Source: Squalus acanthias
Lineage: Eukaryota
Length of the DNA stretch: 64,000 nt
Direction of reading: 5' to 3'
NCBI GenBank assembly: GCA_030390025.1
Contig: CM059431.1
Coordinates: 146,198,001 to 146,262,000, forward strand
The notes beneath the pieces were generated by a model, which saw nothing but the letters and a program-made list of their open reading frames with translations, had not been told where the DNA came from and made no database searches. Below are positions 26,001-37,886 of this stretch, in pieces. The position numbers were made by a program, and so were the translations under genes. Position 1 is the first letter of the stretch; every line of letters starts with the position of its first letter.

Positions 26001-29000
26001 GTAGAGTCACCAGCAGTAATGTTATAGTAAAGTCACCACCAGTAATGTTAGAGTAGAGCCACCAGCAGTAATGTTATAGTAAGTCACCAGCAGTAATGTT
26101 ATAGTAAAGTCACCAACAGTAATGTTGGAGTAGTGTCACCACCAGTAATGTTAGCATAGAGTCACCACCAGTAATGTTGGAGTAGGGTCACTACCAGTAA
26201 TGATAGAGTAAAAGTGACCAACAGTAGTGCTAGAGTATGGTCACCAACACTAAAGTTAGAGCAGCGTAAACACCAGTAATGTTGGAGTAGTGGCACCAAC
26301 AGTAATGTTATAATAGAGTCACCACAAGAAATGTTAGATTAGAATCATCACCAGTAATGTTAGATTAGAGTCACCAGCAGTAATGTTAGAGTAGAGCCAC
26401 CAGCAGTAATGTTATAGTTAAGTCACCAACAGTAATGTTGGAGTAGGGTCACCAACAGTAATGTTAGCGTCGAGTCACCACCAGTAATGTTGGAGTAGTG
26501 TCACTACCAGTAATGATAGTAGTAAAAGTGACCAACAGTAATGTTAGAGTATGGTCACCAACATTATTGTTAGAGCAGTGTAACCCCAGTCATGTTGGAG
26601 TAGTGGCACCAACAGTAATGCTATAATAGAGTCACCACAAGAAATGTTAGATTAGAATCACCACCAGTAATGTTAGAGTAGAGTCAGCACCAATAACGTT
26701 AGAGTAGATTCAACACCAGTAATGTTCGAATACGGGCAACACCAGTTATGTTAGAATAGTGCCACCACCAGTAATGTTATAGTAGTATTACCACCAGTAA
26801 TGTTAGAGTAGGGTCACCACCAGTAATGTTAGAGAAGAGTCACCAAATGTAACGTTAGAGTAGAGTCACCACCAGTAATGTTAGTGTCGAGTCACTACCA
26901 GTAATGTTAGAATAGAGTCACCACCAGTAATGTTAGAGCAGATTCAACACCAGTAATGTTATAGCAGAGTCACTACCAGTAATGTTAGACTTGGGTCACA
27001 CCTAATAATGATAGAGTAGAATCACCACCAGTAATGTTAGTGTAGGGTCTACACCAGTAATGTTAGAGTAGAGTCATGACCAGAAAAGTTATAGTATTGT
27101 CAACACCATTAATGAAAGAGTAGAGTCACCACCAGTAATGTTAGATTAGGTTCAGCACCAGTAATGTTACAGTAACGTCAATACCAGTAAAGTTAGAGTA
27201 GGTTCAACACAATTAATATTAGATTAGAGTCACAAGCAGTAATGTTAGTGTAGAGTCACAACCAGTAATGTTAGTGTCGGGTCAACAACAGAAACTTTAG
27301 AGTCGAGTCACCACCAGTAATGTTAGAGAAGAGTCCACAACATTAATGTTGGAGCTGGGGCACCACCAGTAATGTTAGGGTAGAGTCACCATCAGTAATG
27401 TTATAGTAAAGTCACCAACAGTAATGTTAAAGTAGGGTCACCACCAGTAATAATCGAATAGAGTTAACACCAGTAATGTTACAGTAGAGTCACACCAGTA
27501 ATGTTAGAGTAGGATCACCACCAGTAATGTTAGAGTAGAGTCACCAGCAGTAATGTTAGAGTAGAGTCACCAGCAGTAATGTTATAGTAAAGTCACCAAC
27601 AGTAATGTTAAAGTAGGGTCACCACCAGTAACGATAGAGTAGATTTACCACCAGTAATGTTAGAGTAGCGTCACAAACAGTGATGTTAGTGTAGAGTCAC
27701 CACCATTAAGTTTATAGTAGAGTCACCACCAGTAATGTTTGAGAGGAATCATCACCTGTCATGTTAGAGTAGGGTCACCACCAGTAATGTTTGAGTGGAA
27801 TCACCACCTGTAATGTTCGAGTAAAGTCACCACCAGTAATGTTAGAGTAGAGTCGCCACCAGTAATGTTAGAGTAGGCCCACCAACAGTAAAGTTAGAGC
27901 AGATCATCACCAGTAATGTTAGATTAGTGTCGCCACCAGTAATGTTTGATTAGTGTCACCACCATTAATGTTAGATTAGGGTCACCACCAGTAATGTTTG
28001 ATTAGTGTCACCACCAGTAATGTTAGATTAGGGTCACCACAAGTAATGCTAGACTAGGGTCACCGCCATTAATGTTAGAGTAGGGTCACCACCAGTAATG
28101 TTTTAGTCGATTCACCACGAGAAATGTGAGAGTAGAATCACCACCAGTTATGTTAGAGTTGGGTCACCGGCAGTAATGTTAGAGTAGAGTCGACACCAAT
28201 AACGTTAGAGTAGAATCACTACCAGTTATGTCAGAGTAGGGTCACCAACAGTTATGTTAGAGTAAAATTACCGCCAGATATGTTAGAGTAGGGACACCAC
28301 CAGTTATGTTAGAGTAGAGTCACCAGATGTAATGTTAGAGTGGAGTCACCACCAGTAATGTTAACTTAGGGTCACCACAAGTAATGTTAGACTTGGGTCA
28401 ACGCCATTAATGTTAGAGTAGTGTCACCACCATAATGATAGTGTAGAGTCACTACCAGTAATGTTGGTATAGGATCAGTACCAGTCATGTAAGGGTAGAG
28501 TGACAACCAGTAACGTTAGAGTCGGGTCAACAACTGTAATTTTAGATTAGAGTCACCACCAATAATTTTAAGGTAGAGTCAACACAATTAATGTTGGAGG
28601 TGGGACACGACCAGTAATGTTAGAATGGAGTCACCACCAGTAATGTTAGAGTAGAATCACCATCAGTAATGATAGAGCAGAGTCAGCACCAGTAATGTTA
28701 TAGTAAATTCACCACCAGTAATGTTAGAATAGAATCACCAGCAGTAAAGTTATAGTAGAGTCAACACCATTAATGTTAGAGTAGAATCACCACCAAAAAT
28801 GTTAGATTAGGTTCACCATCAGTAATGTTACAGTAGCGTCATTACCAGTAATGTTAGAGAAGGGTCACCACCAGTAATGTTAGATTAGAATCACCATCAG
28901 TAATGATAGAGCAGAGTCAGCACCAGTAATGTTATAGTAAATTCACCACCAGTAATGTTAGAATAGAATCACCAGCAGTAAAGTTATAGTAGAGTCAACA

Positions 29001-29371
29001 CCATTAATGTTAGAGTAGAATCACCACCAAAAATGTTAGATTAGGTTCACCATCAGTAATGTTACAGTAGCGTCATTACCAGTAATGTTAGATTAGGTTC
29101 ACCACCAGTAATGTTAGATTAGGGTCACGAACAGTAATGATAGAGTAGAGTCACCAGCAGAAATGTTAGTGTAGAGTCACCACCAGTAATGCTGGAGTAG
29201 GGTCACTTCAATACAGTTCGAGTCGGGTCAACAACAATAATTTCCGAGTCGGCTCACCACCAATAACGTTAGAGTAGTGTCACTACCAGTAATGTTGGAG
29301 TCGGGGCATCAGCAGTAATGTTAGCGTAGAGTCACCACCAGTAACGTTGGAGTAGTGGCATCACCAGTAAT

Positions 29372-29715
29372 GTGAAATCGCACAACACCAGGTTACAGTC
29401 CAACTGCTTTATTTGATATCACAAGCTTTCAGAGCTGCTGACTGAGGAGCAGCAGCAGCAGCAGAGTGGTGGTCTCTGTGAGCAGGAAGAGGAGAAGGAG
29501 AAGGAACCAAAAAGATCAACACCAGGTTACAGTCCAACTGCTTTATTTGATATCACAAGCTTTCGGAGCGGCTGCTTGTTCGTCAGACTTCACCTGACGA
29601 AGGAGCAGCAGCTCCGAAAGCTTGTGATTCCAAATAAAGCAGTTGGACTATAACCTGGTGTTGTGCGACTTCTCACTTTTGTCCACCCCAGTCTAACACA
29701 GGCATCTCTGCATCA
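29372..29715. mobile_element. Family B palindromic PLE-derived insertion with duplicated left arm and 81-bp foreign insert
   Basis: Same satellite flanks as the 22806 copy. Right arm retains CTGGTGTTGTGCGAC, which is deleted in the 22.8 and 37.7 kb copies. Confidence 0.8.
29590..29627 (+). ncRNA. Minimal type I hammerhead ribozyme motif (family B)
   Basis: TCAC-CTGACGA-A-GGAGC-agca-GCTCC-GAAA-GCT-T-GTGA. Stem I TCAC/GTGA, perfect 5-bp stem II, palindromic AGCT stem III. Identical copy at ~33639-33676. Confidence 0.75.
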
Positions 29716-32700
29716 ATACCAATAATGTTAGTGTAGAGTCACCACCAGTAATGTGCGAATAGGGACAAAACCAGTTATGTTAGAGTAGTGCCACCAGCAG
29801 AAATGTTATAGTAGGATTACCACCAGTAATCTTAGAGTAGGTCAACCCCAATAATGTTAGAGTAGATTCAGCAGCAGTAATGTTAGATTAGGGTCACCAC
29901 CAGCAATGTTATATTACGGTCACCACCAGTAAAGTTAGAGCAGGGTCACCACCAGTAATCTTCGTGTAGAGTCACCACAAGTAATGGTGGAATAGGGTCA
30001 GTACCAGTAATGTTAGAGAAGAGTGACAACCAGTAATGTCAGAGTAGGGTCAACAACAGTAGTTTTAGAATAGGCTCACCACCAATAATGTTTGAGACGA
30101 GTCACCATCATTAATGTTGTAGTTGGGACACCATCAGTAATGTTAGAGTAGAGTCACCACCAGTAGTATTATAGGAGAGCCACCACCAATAAAGTTAAAG
30201 TAGGGTCACCATCAGTAATAATAGAGTAAAGTTACCACAAATAATGTAACAGTAGGATCACCAGCAATAATGTTAGAGTAGTGTCACCACCATAAAGGAT
30301 ACAGTAGAGTCACCAACAGTAATGTTAGGGTAGTGTCACCACCTGTAATGTTACAGTATAGTCATCACCAGTAATGTTAGAGTAGAGTCACCAGCTTTAA
30401 TGTTAGAGTAGACTCACCGCCAGTAATGTTGGAGTAGGGTCACCATTTGTAATGTTAGCGTAGTGTCACCACCAGTAATGTTGGTGTAGGGTCACTACTT
30501 GTAATGATAGTGTAAAAGTGACCAACAGTAATGTTAGAGTATGGTCACCAACATTCATGTTAGAGCAGCGTAACCACCAGCAATGTTGGAGTAGTGGCAC
30601 CAACAATAATGTTATAATAGAGTCACCACAAGAAATGTTAGATTAGAATCACCACCAGTAATTTTGGAGTAGATTCAACACCAGTAATGTTCGAATACGG
30701 ACAACACCATTTATGTTAGAGCCGTGCCACCACCAGTAACGTTATGGTAGAATTACCGCCAGTAATGTTAGAGTAGGGTCACCACCAGTAATGTTAGAGG
30801 AGAGTCACTAGATGTAATGTTAGAGTAGAGTCACCACCATTAATGTTAGATTAGGGTCCCTGCTAGTAATATTAGATTAGGGTCACCGTCAGTAATGTTA
30901 GAGTAGTGTCAGCACCAGTAATGTTAGAGTAGGGTCACCACCTGTAATAGTGGAGTAGGGTCAGTACCAGAAATGTTAGAGTAGAGTGACAACCAGTAAT
31001 GTTAGAGTCAGGTCAACAACCAAAATTTTAGATTAGACTCAACACAAATAATGTTAAAGTAGAGTCAACACCATTAATATTGGAGGTGGAGCACCACGAG
31101 TAATGTTAGAATAGAGTCACCACCAGTAATGTTATAGTAAAGTCACCACCAGTAATTTTAGAGTAGAGTCACCACCAGTAATGTTAGATTAGGGTCACCA
31201 GCAGTAATGTTAGAGTAGAGTCACCACCAGTAATGTTAGAGTAGGGTTACCAACAGTAATGTCAGAGTTGAGTCACCACCAGTAATGTTAGAATACGGTC
31301 AGCACGAGTAACGTTAGGGTAGAGTCACCACCTGTAATGTTAGATTAGTGTCACCCCCGGTAATATTAGAGTAGGTCACCACAAGTAATGTTAGAGTCGG
31401 GTCAAAGCCAGTAATGTTAGAGTAGGTTCACTAACAATAATGTTAGTGTAGGGTCACCACCAGTAATAGTGGAGTAGGGTCAGGACCAGTAATGTTAGAG
31501 GAGAGTCACTAGATGTAATGTTAGAGTAGAGTCACCACCATTAATGTTAGATTAGGGTCCCCACTAGTAATATTAGATTAGGGTCACCGTCAGTAATGTT
31601 AGAGTAGTGTCAGCACCAGTAATGTTAGAGTAGGGTCACCACCTGTAATAGTGGAGTAGGGTCAGTACCAGTAATGTTAGAGTAGAGTGACAACCAGTAA
31701 TGTTAGAGTCAGGTCAACAACCAAAATTTTAGATTAGACTCAACACAAATAATGTTAAAGTAGAGTCAACACCATTAATATTGGAGGTGGAGCACCACGA
31801 GTAATGTTAGAATAGAGTCACCACCAGTAATGTTATAGTAAAGTCACCACCAGTAATTTTAGAGTAGAGTCACCACCAGTAATGTTAGATTAGGGTCACC
31901 AGCAGTAATGTTAGAGTAGAGTCACCACCAGTAATGTTAGAGTAGGGTTACCAACATTAATGTCAGAGTTGAGTCACCACCAGTAATGTTAGAATACGGT
32001 CAGCACGAGTAACGTTAGGGTAGAGTCACCACCTGTAATGTTAGATTAGTGTCACCCCCGGTAATATTAGAGTAGGTAACCACAAGTAATGTTAGAGTCG
32101 GGTCAAAGCCAGTAATGTTAGAGTAGGTTCACCAACAATAATGTTAGTGTAGGGTCACCACCAGTAATAGTGGAGTAGGGTCAGGACCAGTAATGTTAGA
32201 GTCTGGTCAACAACAAAACCCAAATAATGTTAAATTAGAGTCAACACCATTAATATTGGAGGTGAGGCACCACCAGTAATGTTAGAGCAGATTCAACACC
32301 AGTAAAGTTTGAGTAGAGTCACTACCAGTTATATAAGAGTTGGGGCAACACCTGTAATGTTAGAGTAGAATCACCACCAGTAATGGTAGAGTAGGGTCAC
32401 CACCAGTAATGTTAGAGTAGGGTCACCACCAGTAATGTTAGAGTAGGCTCACCAACAGTAAAGTTAGAGCAGATCATCACCAGTAATGTTAGATTAGTGT
32501 CACCACCAGTAATGTTTGATTAGTGTCACCACCATTAATGTTAGATTAGGGTCACCACAAGTAATGCTAGACTAGGGCCACCGCCATTAATGTTAGAGTA
32601 GGGTAACCACCAGTAATGTTTTAGTAGATTCACCACGAGAAATGTGAGAGTAGAATCACCACCAGTTATGTTAGAGTTGGGTCACCGGCAGTAATGTTAG

Positions 32701-33323
32701 AGTTGAGTCAACACCAATAACGTTAGAGTAGAATCACTACCAGTTATGTCAGAGTAGGGTCACCACCAGTTATGTTAGAGTAGAATTACCGCCAGGTATG
32801 TTAGAGTAGGGACACCACCAGTTATGTTAGAGTAGAGTCACCAGATGTAATTTTAGAGTAGTGTCACCACCAGTAATGTTAGCTTAGGGTCACCACAAGT
32901 AATGTTAGACTTGGGTCAACGCCATTAATGTTAGAGTAGTGTCACCACCAGTAATGTTAGTGTAGAGTCACTACCAGTAATGTTGGAATAGGATCAGTAC
33001 CAGTCATGTAAGGGTAGAGTGACAACCAGTAACGTTAGAGTCGGGTCAACAACTGTAATTTTAGATTAGAGTCACCACCAATAATGTTAAGGTAGAGTCA
33101 ACACCATTAATGTTGGAGGTGGGGCACGACCAGTAATGTTAGAATGGAGTCAACACCAGTAATGTTAGAGTAGAATCACCACCACTAATGATAGAGCAGA
33201 GTCACCACCAGTAATGTTATAGTAAAATCACCACCAGTAATGTTAGACTAGAATCACCAGCAGTAAAGTTATAGTAGAGTCAACACCATTAATGTTAGAG
33301 TAGAAACACCACCAAAAATGTTA

Positions 33324-33523
33324 GAAATAACAACAGAAAACGCTGGAAAAACTCAGCAGGCCAGGCAGCATCCGTGGAGAGAGAAAGAGAGTTGACGTTT
33401 CAGGTCGATGACCTTTCATCAGAACTGGGAAGAGCTGGAAATCAAATAGATTTAAGGCCAGGGTAAAGCTGGGAAAAGGGGGAGGGGATAAAGGAACAAA
33501 GGAGGAGATGAAGAGACATTAAG
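33324..33523 (-). mobile_element. PLE 3' UTR/pLTR fragment (family A)
   Basis: Reverse complement matches ~1420-1618. Confidence 0.88.
33390..33426 (-). ncRNA. Minimal type I hammerhead ribozyme motif (family A) with canonical GUC site
   Basis: Minus strand AGTT-CTGATGA-A-AGGTC-atc-GACCT-GAAA-CGT-C-AACT. Confidence 0.82.
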
Positions 33524-33620
33524 GAGCAGATTCACCACGAGAAATGTGAGAGTAGAATCACCACCAGTTATGTTAGAGTTGGGTCACCGGCAGTAATGTT
33601 AGAGTTGAGTCAACACCAAT

Positions 33621-33764
33621 CTGCTCCTTCGTCAGACTTCACCTGACGAAGGAGCAGCAGCTCCGAAAGCTTGTGATTCCAAATAAAGCAGTTGGACTAT
33701 AACCTGGTGTTGTGCGACTTCTCACTTTTGTCCACCCCAGTCTAACACAGGCATCTCTGCATCA
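33621..33764. mobile_element. Left-truncated family B PLE-derived insertion
   Basis: Matches ~29572-29715. Confidence 0.8.
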
Positions 33765-36700
33765 ATACCAATAATGTTAGTGTAGAGTCACCACCAGTAA
33801 TGTGCGAATAGGGACAAAACCAGTTATGTTAGAGTAGTGCCACCAGCAGAAATGTTATAGTAGGATTACCACCAGTAATCTTAGAGTAGGTCAACCCCAA
33901 TAATGTTAGAGTAGATTCAGCAGCAGTAATGTTAGATTAGGGTCACCACCAGCAATGTTATATTACGGTCACCACCAGTAAAGTTAGAGCAGGGTCACCA
34001 CCAGTAATCTTCGTGTAGAGTCACCACAAGTAATGGTGGAATAGGGTCAGTACCAGTAATGTTAGAGAAGAGTGACAACCAGTAATGTCAGAGTAGGGTC
34101 AACAACAGTAGTTTTAGAATAGGCTCACCACCAATAATGTTTGAGACGAGTCACCATCATTAATGTTGTAGTTGGGACACCATCAGTAATGTTAGAGTAG
34201 AGTCACCACCAGTAGTATTATAGGAGAGCCACCACCAATAAAGTTAAAGTAGGGTCACCATCAGTAATAATAGAGTAAAGTTACCACAAATAATGTAACA
34301 GTAGGATCACCAGCAATAATGTTAGAGTAGTGTCACCACCAAAAAGGATACAGTAGAGTCACCAACAGTAATGTTAGGGTAGTGTCACCACCTGTAATGT
34401 TACAGTATAGTCATCACCAGTAATGTTAGAGTAGAGTCACCAGCTTTAATGTTAGAGTAGACTCACCGCCAGTAATGTTGGAGTAGGGTCACCATTTGTA
34501 ATGTTAGCGTAGTGTCACCACCAGTAATGTTGGTGTAGGGTCACTACCTGTAATGATAGTGTAAAAGTGACCAACAGTAATGTTAGAGTATGGTCACCAA
34601 CATTCATGTTAGAGCAGCGTAACCACCAGCAATGTTGGAGTAGTGGCACCAACAATAATGTTATAATAGAGTCACCACAAGAAATGTTAGATTAGAATCA
34701 CCACCAGTAATTTTGGAGTAGATTCAACACCAGTAATGTTCGAATACGGACAACACCATTTATGTTGGAGCCGTGCCACCACCAGTAACGTTATGGTAGA
34801 ATTACCGCCAGTAATGTTAGAGTAGGGTCACCACCAGTAATGTTAGAGGAGAGTCACTAGATGTAATGTTAGAGTAGAGTCACCACCATTAATGTTAGAT
34901 TAGGGTCCCTACTAGTAATATTAGATTAGGGTCACCGTCAGTAATGTTAGAGTAGTGTCAGCACCAGTAATGTTAGAGTAGGGTCACCACCTGTAATAGT
35001 GGAGTAGGGTCAGTACCAGTAATGTTAGAGTAGAGTGACAACCAGTAATGTTAGAGTCAGGTCAACAACCAAAATTTTAGATTAGACTCAACACAAATAA
35101 TGTTAAAGTAGAGTCAACACCATTAATATTGGAGGTGGAGCACCACGAGTAATGTTAGAATAGAGTCACCACCAGTAATGTTATAGTAAAGTCACCACCA
35201 GTAATTTTAGAGTAGAGTCACCACCAGTAATGTTAGATTAGGGTCACCAGCAGTAATGTTAGAGTAGAGTCACCACCAGTAATGTTAGAGTAGGGTTACC
35301 AACAGTAATGTCAGAGTTGAGTCACCACCAGTAATGTTAGAATACGGTCAGCACGAGTAACGTTAGGGTAGAGTCACCACCTGTAATGTTAGATTAGTGT
35401 CACCCCCGGTAATATTAGAGTAGGTCACCACAAGTAATGTTAGAGTCGGGTCAAAGCCAGTAATGTTAGAGTAGGTTCACTAACAATAATGTTAGTGTAG
35501 GGTCACCACCAGTAATAGTGGAGTAGGGTCAGGACCAGTAATGTTAGAGGAGAGTCACTAGATGTAATGTTAGAGTAGAGTCACCACCATTAATGTTAGA
35601 TTAGGGTCCCCACTAGTAATATTAGATTAGGGTCACCGTCAGTAATGTTAGAGTAGTGTCAGCACCAGTAATGTTAGAGTAGGGTCACCACCTGTAATAG
35701 TGGAGTAGGGTCAGTACCAGTAATGTTATAGTAGAGTGACAACCAGTAATGTTAGAGTCAGGTCAACAACCAAAATTTTAGATTAGACTCAACACAAATA
35801 ATGTTAAAGTAGAGTCAACACCATTAATATTGGAGGTGGAGCACCACGAGTAATGTTAGAATAGAGTCACCACCAGTAATGTTATAGTAAAGTCACCACC
35901 AGTAATTTTAGAGTAGAGTCACCACCAGTAATGTTAGATTAGGGTCATCAGCAGTAATGTTAGAGTAGAGTCACCACCAGTAATGTTAGAGTAGGGTTAC
36001 CAACAGTAATGTCAGAGTTGAGTCACCACCAGTAATGTTAGAATACGGTCAGCACGAGTAACGTTAGGGTAGAGTCACCACCTGTAATGTTAGATTAGTG
36101 TCACCCCCGGTAATATTAGAGTAGGTCACCACAAGTAATGTTAGAGTCGGGTCAAAGCCAGTAATGTTAGAGTAGGTTCACCAACAATAATGTTAGTGTA
36201 GGGTCACCACCAGTAATAGTGGAGTAGGGTCAGGACCAGTAATGTTAGAGTCTGGTCAACAACAAAACCCAAATAATGTTAAATTAGAGTCAACACCATT
36301 AATATTGGAGGTGAGGCACCACCAGTAATGTTAGAGCAGATTCAACACCAGTAAAGTTTGAGTAGAGTCACTACCAGTTATATAAGAGTTGGGGCAACAC
36401 GTGTAATGTTAGAGTAGAATCACCACCAGTAATGGTAGAGTAGGGTCACCACCAGTAATGTTAGAGTAGGGTCACCACCAGTAATGTTAGAGTAGGCTCA
36501 CCAACAGTAAAGTTAGAGCAGATCATCACCAGTAATGTTAGATTAGTGTCACCACCAGTAATGTTTGATTAGTGTCACCACCATTAATGTTAGATTAGGG
36601 TCACCACAAGTAATGCTAGACTAGGGTCACCGCCATTAATGTTAGAGTAGGGTAACCACCAGTAATGTTTTAGTAGATTCACCACGAGAAATGTGAGAGT

Positions 36701-37691
36701 AGAATCACCACCAGTTATGTTAGAGTTGGGTCACCGGCAGTAATGTTAGAGTTGAGTCAACACCAATAACGTTAGAGTAGAATCACTACCAGTTATGTCA
36801 GAGTAGGGTCACCACCAGTTATGTTAGAGTAGAATTACCGCCAGGTATGTTAGAGTAGGGACACCACCAGTTATGTTAGAGTAGAGTCACCAGATGTAAT
36901 GTTAGAGTAGTGTCACCACCAGTAATGTTAGCTTAGGGTCACCACAAGTAATGTTAGACTTGGGTCAACGCCATTAATGTTAGAGTAGTGTCACCACCAG
37001 TAATGTTAGTGTAGAGTCACTACCAGTAATGTTGGAATAGGATCAGTACCAGTCATGTAAGGGTAGAGTGACAACCAGTAACGTTAGAGTCGGGTCAACA
37101 ACTGTAATTTTAGATTAGAGTCACCACCAATAATGTTAAGGTAGAGTCAACACCATTAATGTTGGAGGTGGGGCACGACTAGTAATGTTAGAATGGAGTC
37201 AACACCAGTAATGTTAGAGTAGAATCACCACCAGTAATGATAGAGCAGAGTCACCACCAGTAATGTTATAGTAAAATCACCACCAGTAATGTTAGACTAG
37301 AATCACCAGCAGTAAAGTTATAGTAGAGTCAACACCATTAATGTTAGAGTAGAAACACCACCAAAAATGTTAGATTAGGTTCACCATCAGTAATGTTACA
37401 GTAGCGTCATTACCAGTAATGTTAGAGAAGGGTCACCACCAGTAATGTTAGATTAGGGTCACGAACAGTAATGATAGAGTAGAGTCACCAGCAGTAATGT
37501 TAGTGTAATGGTGGAGTAGGGTCACTACTAGTAAAGTTCGAGTCGCGTCAACAACAATAATTTCCGAGTCGGCTCACCACCAATAACGTTAGAGTAGTGT
37601 CACCACCAGTAATGTTTGAGTCGGGGCATCAGCAGTAATGTTAGCGTAGAGTCACCACCAGTAACGTTGGAGTAGTGGCATCACCAGTAAT

Positions 37692-37886
37692 GAGAAATCG
37701 CACAACACCAGGATACAGTCCAACTGCTTTATTTGAAATCACAAGCTTTCGGAGCGGCTGCTCCTTCGTCAGACTTCACGTGACGAAGGAGCAGCCGCTC
37801 CGAAAGCTTGTGATTTCAAATAAAGCTGTTGGACTATAACTTCTCACTTTTGTCCACCCCAGTCCAACACCGGCATCTCCGCATCA
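37692..37886. mobile_element. Family B palindromic PLE-derived insertion, near-identical to 22806-23000
   Basis: Same flanks, same 15-bp deletion and same GTGACGA core change. Confidence 0.8.
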
